Notes under the pieces: generated by a model
Database searches by the model: none
Seen by the model: only the letters and a program-made list of their open reading frames with translations
Told to the model about the DNA's origin: nothing
Shown: positions 29,793 to 39,328 of the stretch, one piece after another
Numbering within the stretch: the stretch's first letter is position 1
How the letters are laid out: every line of letters starts with the position of its first letter
Translations under genes and position numbers: made by a program
From: an uncultured Nitrospiraceae bacterium
GTDB taxonomy: Bacteria; Nitrospirota; Nitrospiria; Nitrospirales; Nitrospiraceae
DNA: 64,000 nucleotides
Assembly (NCBI GenBank): GCA_963730935.1
Contig: CAVSTP010000003.1
Location: 736,001-800,000 of the forward strand
Reading direction: 5' to 3'

Positions 29793-31196
29793 CTACGCTG
29801 CGAGGCTGTGCAGACAGGCCCGCAGGTCTTGCGCCAACTCTCCTGCCCGACGATACCGCTGCGGCAGCTCCTTCTGCAGGGCGCGGTTGATGATCTCCTG
29901 GAACATCGGCGGAAGCTCGGGGCGAAGCGTGTGCGGATCTGGATGTGGATGGTGGGCAATCGCGAAGAGCAGTGCCGACAGGTTATCGGCGGTAAAGGGC
30001 GGCTGTCCGGTCAGCAACTCGAAGAGCACGACGCCCAGGGAAAAGACATCCGACCGGCCGTCCACCTTCTTGCCCGCGATCTGCTCCGGAGACATGTAGG
30101 TCGGCGTTCCGAGCACGACGTCCGTCTGAGTCTTGCTGCTCGAAGAGATTTTGGCGATGCCGAAGTCCATGACTTTGACCAGCCGGTCCTTGGTAATCAT
30201 GATGTTTGCGGGCTTAATGTCGCGGTGCACCACGCCTTGCTGGTGGGCATAGTCGAGCGCCTCGGCGACCGAGGCTATCGTCGGCACAACTTGGAGGAGC
30301 GGCATCAGATTCGGTTTGCGCGACCAGTCCTTGAGCGACTGACCCTCCACGAGCTCCATTGCGATGTATCCCAGCTCGTCCTGTTCGCCTGCGTCGTAGA
30401 TCGTCACGATGTTCGGATGCGACAGGCGTCCTGCCGACTCGGCTTCCCGGAAGAAACGGACCTTGATCTCCTGAACCTTGTCCGGCTCCTCGATTTGGTC
30501 CAAACGCATGGTCTTGATCGCGACAAAGCGTTGAATGGTCGGATCTTTCCCGAGATACACGAGACCCATGGCGCCGCGTCCGAGTTCCTTGAGGATCTTG
30601 TAGCGGCCGAGACTCGCCGGTGGTTGTCCATTGCCATTCATCACGATGGCCGTGCTTTTGTCGACCGGCTCAGCGGCGATCTCCGCACTGTCGTCAGGAA
30701 CCGGCGACTCCTCAGGCGCGGGTGCACGGACCGGCTTTCGTTTGACGGGCGCAGGAGCAAAAGTGTTGCGCAGGAGCTCCAGATGACGCAGCCAGGCGAT
30801 GGTGAGCCAGAGCCCGGATGCAACGAGCATGATCGTATAGCCTTGCGCAAACAGGGAGGGGCCGATCTGGAAAATGAGCGGGGAGCCAAGGGTGCGGAGG
30901 GTCCTCGCACCGAAGATCACCACGGCCAACGCGGCTGATGGCAGCACGATGGTGCGAAGAAAGCTCGATCCGCGCCCATTGTCCGGGAGCTGCTGATAGG
31001 CGGACGCGGCAAGCGCCATGAGAAGGCCAAGCGCGATCCCCTGGCTCACCAGCCGCACGGCGTTGGCCCCGGTCACAGAGGTCAGCGGGATGCTGAAAAA
31101 CTCGACCCATGCCATCCCGCTGAGCAGAGGGCCCAGGAGGAGAGCCGCGAGAATGCCGCTTGCCTGAGGGATAATCCAGTGCAGGGTCTTGGACAT
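29793..31196 (-). CDS. Membrane-anchored Hanks-type Ser/Thr protein kinase
   Basis: About four N-terminal TMs; GRGAMG, VAIK, HRDIKPAN, DFG, YMSPEQ. Confidence 0.93.
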   Translation of the reverse strand: MSKTLHWIIPQASGILAALLLGPLLSGMAWVEFFSIPLTSVTGANAVRLVSQGIALGLLMALAASAYQQLPDNGRGSSFLRTIVLPSAALAVVIFGARTLRTLGSPLIFQIGPSLFAQGYTIMLVASGLWLTIAWLRHLELLRNTFAPAPVKRKPVRAPAPEESPVPDDSAEIAAEPVDKSTAIVMNGNGQPPASLGRYKILKELGRGAMGLVYLGKDPTIQRFVAIKTMRLDQIEEPDKVQEIKVRFFREAESAGRLSHPNIVTIYDAGEQDELGYIAMELVEGQSLKDWSRKPNLMPLLQVVPTIASVAEALDYAHQQGVVHRDIKPANIMITKDRLVKVMDFGIAKISSSSKTQTDVVLGTPTYMSPEQIAGKKVDGRSDVFSLGVVLFELLTGQPPFTADNLSALLFAIAHHPHPDPHTLRPELPPMFQEIINRALQKELPQRYRRAGELAQDLRACLHSLAA

Positions 31197-31343
31197 AGTA
31201 TTGCCGTATTGCAGTAAAAGTGAATGGACATGTATCGCCGGAAAACTGAATGGACTTCAGTCTAACGGACGGCGACCGAGAGTCAACGAATTGAGGGAAA
31301 TGTGCGGTGATTGCGCTTGAAGAACGGTGCTATGCGATCGGCT

Positions 31344-32192
31344 TCAACGTCCGGCCGCGGCTGCTTTGAGCGGCTCCAGCAGACGGGGATTCACTTTGAG
31401 GTCGCCTCGTCCATACCCGACTTCGATGTCGGGCTTCGTGATCCCGTGAAAATCGCTTCCGCCGGTGACCAGCAAGTCGAGGCGCTGCGCCAATTCGAGG
31501 TAACTCGACGTCTGAGATTTGCTGTGAGTGCTGTAATGGACCTCGACACCGTCAAGGCCTGCTTCTTTCAAGGCGGTGACGCAGCCGCGGAGCCCGTCGC
31601 CGCTGTCTTTGACCCAGGTCGGATGCGCGAGCACCGCGACCCCCTTGGCCTCCCTGATCCACTTGATCGCTTCGGCGGGCGCGGGAAGCTCGCGGGCGAC
31701 GTAGGCCGCTCTCCCCTCCGCCAGATATCGGTCGAAGGCCTCTTTGGCGGACGACACATATTTCTTCTGCATGAGTAACTGCGCGATATGAGGGCGTCCG
31801 ACCGATTCAGTGCCGGCCAGTGCGCGGACTTCCTCGTAAGTGACGTCCAGTCCGGCGGACCGGAGGCGCTCGATGATGAGCGGATTTCTCCGATGCCGAC
31901 TGGCTCGAAGCGTCGCCAGCCGCTCATTAAACAGGGGGTCTTGCCAATCGAGGCAATAGCCGAGAATGTGAAGTTCGCTCCGGCCGTCAAAGGAGCTGAT
32001 TTCGACGCCCGGAATCACTTCAATGCCCAGCTCCTGGCCGGTCGCCATGGCCTCAGGAATTCCGCTCGTGATGTCGTGATCCGTGATCGCCAACGCCGTG
32101 ACGCTGGCTTTCCCGGCCAACTTCAGGACTTCGGCCGGCGGGAGGCTTCCGTCGGAATGGGTGGTATGGAGATGAAGATCAATGCGGCTCAC
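31344..32192 (-). CDS. PHP domain phosphoesterase (YciV/TrpH-like)
   Basis: DLHLHTTHSDG, TDHD, AHP, GSDFHG motifs. Confidence 0.9.
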   Translation of the reverse strand: MSRIDLHLHTTHSDGSLPPAEVLKLAGKASVTALAITDHDITSGIPEAMATGQELGIEVIPGVEISSFDGRSELHILGYCLDWQDPLFNERLATLRASRHRRNPLIIERLRSAGLDVTYEEVRALAGTESVGRPHIAQLLMQKKYVSSAKEAFDRYLAEGRAAYVARELPAPAEAIKWIREAKGVAVLAHPTWVKDSGDGLRGCVTALKEAGLDGVEVHYSTHSKSQTSSYLELAQRLDLLVTGGSDFHGITKPDIEVGYGRGDLKVNPRLLEPLKAAAAGR

Positions 32193-33148
32193 GGCGACTC
32201 GTGCGTGGGAACGGCCTGACGAGGCTTTTGCGCCACTAACTGCGCAGTAAAGACGGACCCCATGCCGGGGCCTCCTTCATGTTCACCCTCGTCATAGGAG
32301 AGAACGCGGAGGGAGGATGTTAGCCGAAGTAACTCGTTCTGCGCCAGGCAGAACTCCCAGCGACGGGGATGGCGATAGCGTACGTAGTTGTCGATGGTGA
32401 ACGTTTCATACAGCAGGACCCCCTGCGGCTTCAAGGCCTCAACGAGCCAAGGGAACAACGGTCGGTGGAGGTAGAAGCAGACCACGATGGCATCGTACGT
32501 GTTCGCGGGAAATTCTGGCCGATCGTCGGTGCGCCGTTCCAGGTCGACCTGCTTGACGGTGAGATGTGGGAGGCGCCGCTGGGCGGCCGCGGCCGAAACC
32601 TTTGCGAGATTTTCGTGGTCTCGATCGATCGCCTCGACCTCGAATCCATGAGCGGCCAGATAGAGGGCATGACGTCCATTTCCGCAGGCGACATCGAGCG
32701 CACGCCCTTTCGGGAGGCGGTAGAGCTGTTGGGTGACAAAGCGGGAAGGCACCGGATCGGTGGCCTGAGCATGGTGAGCGGCGCGTGGCCGGTCGATCTT
32801 CACACCGACGGACCCCGTCTTTTGTGCAATCGGAGGTGCCAATTTCCGAAGCCAAAGGCGTGCGCGGCTGACCGGAAAGTCTGTGAAAAGCAGGGTCAGT
32901 ACTTTCTCGCCGAGGGTTTCCACAAGGGCGCAGACTTCCTTGCTCCCAAGTTCGACGATCCGCTCCGCAACCTGAGCGTAATCAACCGTGTCGCTCAAAT
33001 GACCGGAAGTGGCGGCCGAGGCTGTTTCGCAGTCCAGTTCAAGGTCGATGGCCATGGGTTGGGGCCGCTGCCGCTCCAAGGGCGTGATGCCGCACCGCGC
33101 TTGAAATTCGAGGCGTTCGATAACAATTTTGTCGGGCATTTCGGTCAT
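32189..33148 (-). CDS. folB: Dihydroneopterin aldolase fused to a class I SAM-dependent methyltransferase
   Basis: N-terminus ER..Q..IDL, TVDY, LVE, K (FolB); C-terminus ALDVACGNGRHA (TehB-like MTase). Confidence 0.8.
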   Translation of the reverse strand: MTEMPDKIVIERLEFQARCGITPLERQRPQPMAIDLELDCETASAATSGHLSDTVDYAQVAERIVELGSKEVCALVETLGEKVLTLLFTDFPVSRARLWLRKLAPPIAQKTGSVGVKIDRPRAAHHAQATDPVPSRFVTQQLYRLPKGRALDVACGNGRHALYLAAHGFEVEAIDRDHENLAKVSAAAAQRRLPHLTVKQVDLERRTDDRPEFPANTYDAIVVCFYLHRPLFPWLVEALKPQGVLLYETFTIDNYVRYRHPRRWEFCLAQNELLRLTSSLRVLSYDEGEHEGGPGMGSVFTAQLVAQKPRQAVPTHESP

Positions 33149-33262
33149 TGTCCGGGATGAAAAGAGAGGCTGTCAACCTGTCGTTAGATGGGTAACGAGA
33201 GGAAGGCGCAAGCGTTCAAGCTATTCAGTTCCGCCGCACCAACCTCATCATCCCTATCTCTA

Positions 33263-33292
33263 TTGACTCACTCTTTCACCCCCTCATATAAT
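33263..33292 (+). promoter_or_regulatory. Sigma70 promoter of the moa operon
   Basis: TTGACT-N18-TATAAT, 41 nt upstream of moaC. Confidence 0.65.
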
Positions 33293-33333
33293 TACCGGTC
33301 GACGCAATCTAACCGACTGATTCAGCGGGGAAA

Positions 33334-33864
33334 ATGGCTGAGTTTACACACTTCAACGAGTCCGGCCGCGCGCGGATGGTCGATGTCGGTGGGAAGGCTC
33401 AGACCGAGCGGGTCGCAACTGCGCAAGCCAAAGTCTATCTCCGACCGGAAACCCTGGAAAAAATTCAGCGGGGCAAGATCGCCAAAGGGGATGTCCTTGG
33501 CGTCGCCCAGGTGGCGGGTGTGATGGGCGCCAAGAAGACCCCTGATCTCATTCCCATGTGCCATCCTCTATTCCTCACGTCCGTCGACATCTCCTTCAAG
33601 GAAGAACCTCAACCGGACCAGGAGGGCCGCTGTTCGATCCTCGTGACGGCAACCGCCAAAACCAGCGGGCAGACCGGAGTCGAGATGGAGGCCATGACCG
33701 CCGTTTCAGTTGCCGCGCTGACCATTTACGACATGTGCAAGGCAATCGACCGGGGAATAAGCTTTAGCGATGTATGGCTGGTCTCAAAGTCGGGTGGGAA
33801 GTCCGGCGCCTACGACCGAGAGAGTGGAGCCTCACGGCATCGCGGCGAGGACGGGGACGAATGA
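33334..33864 (+). CDS. moaC: Cyclic pyranopterin monophosphate synthase
   Basis: MVDV, LIPMCHP, TGVEMEA, YDMCKA, KSGG motifs. Confidence 0.96.
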   Translation: MAEFTHFNESGRARMVDVGGKAQTERVATAQAKVYLRPETLEKIQRGKIAKGDVLGVAQVAGVMGAKKTPDLIPMCHPLFLTSVDISFKEEPQPDQEGRCSILVTATAKTSGQTGVEMEAMTAVSVAALTIYDMCKAIDRGISFSDVWLVSKSGGKSGAYDRESGASRHRGEDGDE

Positions 33865-33874
33865 GTCGAAACGC

Positions 33875-34249
33875 ATGATCACCGTGAGACTGTTCGGCAT
33901 GACGAAGTCGCTTGCGGATAACCAGTCGAGCCTGACGCTGGCCTTGGGAAAGAACCAATCCGTGAGAAATGTTATCGAACTGGTCAACAAGCGTTATCCC
34001 AAGATCGGCGAGTTGATATACCAGAAGAAGATCCTGGTGTCCGTGAACCAAGAAATCGCCCACGACGATACCAAGGTGCAGGAAGGCGATGAAGTGGCCC
34101 TGCTGCCTCCGTTTGCAGGAGGAACGCCGGCCGGCCGATTGCAAAGCGATCGGGGTGAAAATGTTCGCCGAGGTGGGTGGGTGAGCTCGGGTGAGGCGCG
34201 TCTTGGCGTGCTGGGGTGGGCGGGTGAGAATAAACGCGAGGTCGAATGA
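33875..34249 (+). CDS. moaD: Molybdopterin synthase sulfur carrier with a 41-aa extension after Gly-Gly
   Basis: MITVRLFG...VSVNQE...GDEVALLPPFAGG, then reads on through a repeat to a TGA overlapping the moaE ATG. Confidence 0.85.
   Translation: MITVRLFGMTKSLADNQSSLTLALGKNQSVRNVIELVNKRYPKIGELIYQKKILVSVNQEIAHDDTKVQEGDEVALLPPFAGGTPAGRLQSDRGENVRRGGWVSSGEARLGVLGWAGENKREVE
34136..34230 (-). mobile_element. MITE-like dispersed repeat, copy 2 (inside the moaD 3' extension)
   Basis: CGATTGCAAAGCGATCG hairpin and GGCGCGTCTTGGCG...GGGCGGGTGAGAA, the reverse complement of the repeat core. Confidence 0.65.
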
Positions 34250-34689
34250 GCACGGTCGAGCAGAATGAACTGTTGGTTCGCGTGCAGCGCGAAGACTTTT
34301 CCGTCGATGCGGAGATCAATCGCGTGCGAAGCCGCTCCAGGCGGATCGGCGGCATTTCCATTTTTCTCGGCACGGCCCGGGACCATTCCAAGGGACGTGA
34401 CGTCGATGGGATCACTTTTGAGCATTACGAGGGCATGGCCCAAAAGAAGCTGCGAGAGATCCGCGAGAGAGCGCTGAAAGATTTTGACATCCTGGAATTG
34501 TTGATCGTTCACCGGTACGGCGAGATCACGATCGGAGAAAACATCGTGTTGATCATTGCCGGAGCAGAACATAGAGCGGACGCGTTCCGCGCCTGCAAAT
34601 GGGCCATCGATGAGTTAAAGCAGATCACCCCGATCTGGAAGTTGGAGCATACGCCGAGCGGGGAGGTCTGGGTCGAAGAACACCCGTGA
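34246..34689 (+). CDS. moaE: Molybdopterin synthase catalytic subunit
   Basis: FLGTAR, EHYEGMA, HRYG, HR..AF, PIWKLE motifs. Confidence 0.95.
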   Translation: MSTVEQNELLVRVQREDFSVDAEINRVRSRSRRIGGISIFLGTARDHSKGRDVDGITFEHYEGMAQKKLREIRERALKDFDILELLIVHRYGEITIGENIVLIIAGAEHRADAFRACKWAIDELKQITPIWKLEHTPSGEVWVEEHP

Positions 34690-34842
34690 GGATGGTGAAA
34701 ATGCAGCAGTTCACACCCACCCACCCCGCCGTGCAAGGCACGTCGTGACCCGGGCTGCGTTCTCACGCTGCGGCCTTGTTTCGGGTGAGGCGCGTCGCGC
34801 CGGGGCGGGCGGGTGAAAACTGACACCATTTTGACCATCCTC
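34688..34842. mobile_element. MITE-like dispersed repeat, copy 3, with 16-bp terminal inverted repeats
   Basis: GAGGATGGTGAAAATG ... CATTTTGACCATCCTC (15/16 complementary); internal CACCC-rich cores. Confidence 0.75.
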
Positions 34843-34878
34843 TCAATGAATGTAGTTTGACCATGATCTCTGGAGCCG

Positions 34879-35952
34879 ATGGAAGCCACTACTCACCATA
34901 GCGATAGCGCCGCTATAGAAGCCGTCGTCGATGTGTTTGGGCGTCCGCTGAAAAGTCTGCGGCTCTCCGTGACGGACCGGTGTAACCTGCGATGCTCCTA
35001 TTGCATGCCGGAGGAGGAGTATGTCTGGCTTCCCCGTGAGGATGTGCTGACGTTCGAGGAAATGGCGGCGCTCTCCGGCTATTTTACGGATCTTGGCGTC
35101 GACAAGGTGCGGCTCACAGGAGGAGAGCCGCTCCTGCGGCGTGATCTGCCCAGGCTCATTCGGCTGCTGCTTCAGAACCACAACATCAGGGAAATTGCAC
35201 TCACGACGAACGGGATTCTGCTGTCGGACCATGCGGAAGCGCTCTACCAGGCCGGTTTGAACCGGGTGACGGTCAGCCTGGACACGTTGAGGCCGGAGCG
35301 GTTCAGACAGTTGACCCGCCGCGACGAGTTCGCGCGGGTCTTGGAAGGGATTGAATCAGCCGGCCGTGCCGGGTTTACCGGGCTCAAGCTCGATACCGTC
35401 GCCATCCGCGGGTTCAACGACGATGAGTTGGTTGGGCTGATCGAGTTCGCGAAGCATTTCCAGGCCGAGGTGCGCTTCATCGAATACATGGATGTCGGAG
35501 GCGCCAACCGGTGGGCTCCCGAACAGGTGCTCTCGCGTGAAATGATGCTGACGAGCTTGGGCAAGTACTATGGGTCCATTGAACCGTTGCCAGAACGCGG
35601 ATCGGCTCCTGCGCAACGATTCCGGCTCCCTGACGGCGCCACGTTCGGCATCATCCCATCCACGACAACGCCGTTCTGCTCGGCATGCGACCGGAGCCGC
35701 GTGACGGCCGACGGAATGTGGTACCGCTGCTTGTACGCGACCACAGGCACGGATTTGCGCAAACCGCTTCGCGAAGGCGTTGCGGCTCACGAAATGCTGG
35801 CGCTCATTCGAGCCGGCTGGGAAGCGCGCCGTGACCGGGGCGCAGAAGAACGAAAGGCGCTGGAGCGTACGGGGCTGCGTGAAGGCGGGCTGATCGGCAT
35901 CGATCGCTTGCGCGAGGATCCGCATCTCGAGATGCACGCACGCGGCGGATAA
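34879..35952 (+). CDS. moaA: GTP 3',8-cyclase (radical SAM)
   Basis: CNLRCSYC, C-terminal CSACDR...C, terminal GG. Confidence 0.96.
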   Translation: MEATTHHSDSAAIEAVVDVFGRPLKSLRLSVTDRCNLRCSYCMPEEEYVWLPREDVLTFEEMAALSGYFTDLGVDKVRLTGGEPLLRRDLPRLIRLLLQNHNIREIALTTNGILLSDHAEALYQAGLNRVTVSLDTLRPERFRQLTRRDEFARVLEGIESAGRAGFTGLKLDTVAIRGFNDDELVGLIEFAKHFQAEVRFIEYMDVGGANRWAPEQVLSREMMLTSLGKYYGSIEPLPERGSAPAQRFRLPDGATFGIIPSTTTPFCSACDRSRVTADGMWYRCLYATTGTDLRKPLREGVAAHEMLALIRAGWEARRDRGAEERKALERTGLREGGLIGIDRLREDPHLEMHARGG

Positions 35953-36052
35953 CAGCAGGCAATCTCCGTCCGGTTCGTGTCTCGCTCTCTCGTGCAAATC
36001 ATGCAACACATCTCCGTCCTGAACGCCTTCGGCGAATGGCTCTGGGTTCCGC

Positions 36053-36760
36053 GTGGCTGATTCTTCCTATCTCACCGTTCTCGGGCTCGGTTTTATCCTT
36101 GGGCTGCGTCATGCCTTGGATTCGGACCATCTTGGTGCTGTCTCGACGGTGCTCGCCGAGCGGCCCTCATGGCGCGCTTCGGGCCTGGTGGGTCTGAGCT
36201 GGGGAGTGGGCCATACCGCTGTCCTGCTCTTCGTGGGAGCGATCGTCCTCGTGCTCCGTGTGCCGATTCCAGAGCCGCTTGCGGCGGCGGCAGAGGGCCT
36301 CGTCGGCGTCATGCTGATCGTCCTCGGCGGTCTGCTCGGCATGAAATTGATTCGGGAACGGTGGCATCTCCATCACCATGATCACGACGGCAGGAGCCAT
36401 TTGCATCTTCACAGCCACTGCGATTCCCAGAATCACGGTCATGCCCATTGGTGGCGAGAATCACTGCGGCCGCTCTGCATCGGGATGGCTCACGGTCTGG
36501 CTGGTTCCGCAGCGCTGCTGCTGCTGGTTGTGACGTCGGCGGACAGCGTGATCGACGGACTGATGTACATCGCGGTGTTCGGCTGCGGTTCGATTCTGGG
36601 CATGATGCTGATCGGTCTTGCGCTGAGTCTTCCGGTGATGTGGTCTTTGCGGCTTGGGCGGCCGCTCTTCCTCGCTGTGCAGGGATTGGCGAGTGTGGGA
36701 AGCATCGCGCTGGGCTGTGCGATCGTGTATCGCATCTTTCTGGCCGAGTCGCTGTCGTAA
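36053..36760 (+). CDS. NiCoT/UreH-like nickel/cobalt transporter
   Basis: RHALDSDH motif, His-rich loop, HGLAGS, about six TMs. Confidence 0.8.
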   Translation: MADSSYLTVLGLGFILGLRHALDSDHLGAVSTVLAERPSWRASGLVGLSWGVGHTAVLLFVGAIVLVLRVPIPEPLAAAAEGLVGVMLIVLGGLLGMKLIRERWHLHHHDHDGRSHLHLHSHCDSQNHGHAHWWRESLRPLCIGMAHGLAGSAALLLLVVTSADSVIDGLMYIAVFGCGSILGMMLIGLALSLPVMWSLRLGRPLFLAVQGLASVGSIALGCAIVYRIFLAESLS

Positions 36761-36885
36761 TGAGAGATGCAATGTTCCCACGAGCGGGAAACTACGTGCG
36801 CAGACGAGCCTGCTGTGCTATTCTCCAGCACGCTCCTGAATGTATCGAGTCACCGTGGCCGATTGAGCGGTGAAAGGAGTCGGGG

Positions 36886-37722
36886 ATGGCGTGGTTCAAG
36901 AAGCAAAAGGGTGCTGAGCCGGATGTCCCGAAGCGGTCCAAGGTGGCCGAGGGGATGTGGCTCAAATGCAACCACTGCCGTGAAATCGTCTACCGTAAGG
37001 AAGTCGAGCGAAACAGCAAGGTCTGTCCGAAGTGCGACTACCATTTTCCGATTTCGGTGATGGAACGCATCACGCTCCTCGTGGATTTCGGAACTTTCAA
37101 GGAGTGGGATGCCGACCTGGGGCCGCTGGATCCACTCAATTTTCACGACACCAAATCCTACAAGGAGCGCGTCAAGGCTCAACAAGAAAAGACTGGGCGA
37201 AAAGACGCCATCATGATCGGCGAGGGCTTGATGAACGGCCACCGAGTGGCGCTCTGCGTGTTCGATTTCGGATTTATGGGCGGCAGCATGGGGTCGGTGG
37301 TGGGTGAGAAAATCTGTCGCGCCATCGATCGTGCCATTGAGGGCCGCTTGCCCGTTGTGCTCGTGACGGCGTCCGGTGGCGCCCGCATGCAGGAAGGAAT
37401 TCTCTCGCTCATGCAGATGGCCAAGACATCCGCGGCTGTGGCCAAGCTTGGCGAGGCCAAGCTTCCGTTGATCTGTCTGCTGGCCGATCCGACCTTCGGG
37501 GGCGTCACGGCCAGCATTGCCATGCTGGGTGACGTGATCCTGGCCGAGCCGAAGGCATTGATCGGCTTCGCCGGTCCTCGGGTGATCGAGCAAACCATCA
37601 AGCAACAGCTCCCCGATCAATTTCAGCGTGCGGAGTTTCTTCTGGAGCACGGGATGATCGATATGATTGTCGAGCGCAAGCAGCTCAAAGAGACTCTCAG
37701 CACTCTCGTCGCCCATTTCTAG
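36886..37722 (+). CDS. accD: Acetyl-CoA carboxylase carboxyltransferase beta subunit
   Basis: Zn ribbon CxxC...Cxx[23 protein letters not shown]. Confidence 0.97.
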   Translation: MAWFKKQKGAEPDVPKRSKVAEGMWLKCNHCREIVYRKEVERNSKVCPKCDYHFPISVMERITLLVDFGTFKEWDADLGPLDPLNFHDTKSYKERVKAQQEKTGRKDAIMIGEGLMNGHRVALCVFDFGFMGGSMGSVVGEKICRAIDRAIEGRLPVVLVTASGGARMQEGILSLMQMAKTSAAVAKLGEAKLPLICLLADPTFGGVTASIAMLGDVILAEPKALIGFAGPRVIEQTIKQQLPDQFQRAEFLLEHGMIDMIVERKQLKETLSTLVAHF

Positions 37723-37723
37723 C

Positions 37724-37806
37724 AGGGTGATGAAAGAGCCTTTTCTCACCCGCCCAACCCTGGCGCGCCAAGACGCGCCTTTCCCAGGCGTCGTTTCCTC
37801 GTCGCC
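37724..37806 (+). mobile_element. MITE-like dispersed repeat, copy 4
   Basis: TIR-like AGGGTGATGAAA plus TCTCACCCGCCCAACCCTGGCGCGCCAAGACGCGCC. Confidence 0.65.
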
Positions 37807-38031
37807 TAGAGCACTGCTGAGAACAAGGACTGCTCCCCAGACGATGGGAAGACGGATCAAGGAGGTTCAGCTACGAGGCCCCGTGTCGTGACGGCAGAGC
37901 GGCGTGCCGGGAGAAAAGCACCGGTCAAGTTCAGGCCGGATCGTCAAGGACGTTGGTCTGTGAGGGGTGATGCTCGGAGTCCGAAAACGAGTAGCTCCTA
38001 ATGTACTCGTGGCCATGCTCCCGACCATACC

Positions 38032-39327
38032 ATGACCTACACTGCAGCTGTTTCCTACCTCTACAGTCTCCAAAAGCACGGCATCAAGCTTGGATTGGAC
38101 ACCATGACGGCTCTGGTAGGCCGTCTTGGTATGCCGCAGTCTCGATATCGAAGTCTCCACATTGCCGGTACCAACGGCAAAGGCTCGACGGCCGCCCTGA
38201 CGGCCACCATGTTTCAGACGGGCGGCTATCGGGTGGGATTGTACACCTCGCCGCACCTCGTCGAATTCGGGGAACGCATCCGAGTGGACGGCCGCATGAT
38301 TTCCGAATTGGATATTGCGCGGCTGACGAACCTGGTGAAGGGCATTTCCGAGCCGGACCTGTCGCCGACGTTCTTCGAGTTCACAACGGCGATGGCGTTG
38401 CAGTATTTCGCCGAGTCGCAAGTCGACCTGGCAGTGCTGGAAGTAGGACTTGGAGGCCGGTTCGACGCGACCAACGTAGTGTCCCCCCTGGCATGTGCCA
38501 TTACGACGATCGCGTTGGACCATCAGCAATATCTGGGCAGCACCCTGGAGTCCGTTGCGTTCGAGAAGGCCGGCATTATCAAGCCGAACGTGCCAGTGAT
38601 CCTCGGCCGTCTCCCAGGCGAGGCTCGCGACACGATCGAACGAATCGCGATTGACCGGGATGCGCCGGTCTTTTGTCTGGGCCGTGACTTTGAGGTCGAA
38701 GGCGAGACGCCGGCGCGATTTAGATATTCCGGGTTCGGCGTGCGGTATGACGATTTGTCCTGTCCCTTGCTCGGAACGCATCAGCTCGAGAATTGCGCCT
38801 GCGCGTTGTCCCTGGTGGAAACCTCCCGTCGCGACCGGCTCGCGGTTGGAGAGGTTGCCATCCGCAAAGGGCTCCGGGAGGTCCAATGGGAAGGGCGTTT
38901 GGAGGTCGTGGCACGGGATCCGATGACCGTCCTCGACGGGGCCCATAATCCTGCGGCGGCCAAGGCCCTGGCTGATTACCTCCGCACATTTCGCCTCTCG
39001 AATCCCATGAGCCGGGTCATCCTCGTACTGGCCATGATGCGCGACAAGGATCATCGCGGATTCGTCGAGTTCTTCAAAGGACTCGTGGACGAGGTCGTGG
39101 TGACGCAGGCAGATTTGAAGCGGTCTGCTACGGCGGACGAACTGTTGCCGCTCGTCGTTGAAACCTGGCCACGGGCGAGAACGAACGCACGGGTCTCGGG
39201 GGCGCTCGGCGCCGCCAAACAGCTTGCACGCCCACAAGATTTGATCTGTGTGACCGGCTCCTTGATGCTCGTCGGTGAAGTGAAAGCATCGTTGCGCGGC
39301 TGTGGGCTGTCCCGGCTGCGGGGTTGA
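38032..39327 (+). CDS. folC: Folylpolyglutamate synthase / dihydrofolate synthase
   Basis: GTNGKGS, TSPHL, EVGLGGRFDATN, DGAHN motifs. Confidence 0.96.
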   Translation: MTYTAAVSYLYSLQKHGIKLGLDTMTALVGRLGMPQSRYRSLHIAGTNGKGSTAALTATMFQTGGYRVGLYTSPHLVEFGERIRVDGRMISELDIARLTNLVKGISEPDLSPTFFEFTTAMALQYFAESQVDLAVLEVGLGGRFDATNVVSPLACAITTIALDHQQYLGSTLESVAFEKAGIIKPNVPVILGRLPGEARDTIERIAIDRDAPVFCLGRDFEVEGETPARFRYSGFGVRYDDLSCPLLGTHQLENCACALSLVETSRRDRLAVGEVAIRKGLREVQWEGRLEVVARDPMTVLDGAHNPAAAKALADYLRTFRLSNPMSRVILVLAMMRDKDHRGFVEFFKGLVDEVVVTQADLKRSATADELLPLVVETWPRARTNARVSGALGAAKQLARPQDLICVTGSLMLVGEVKASLRGCGLSRLRG

Positions 39328-39328
39328 T

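Noticed and set aside
29469..30938. 489-aa plus-strand ORF
   Set aside because: Antisense shadow of the kinase and phosphatase genes
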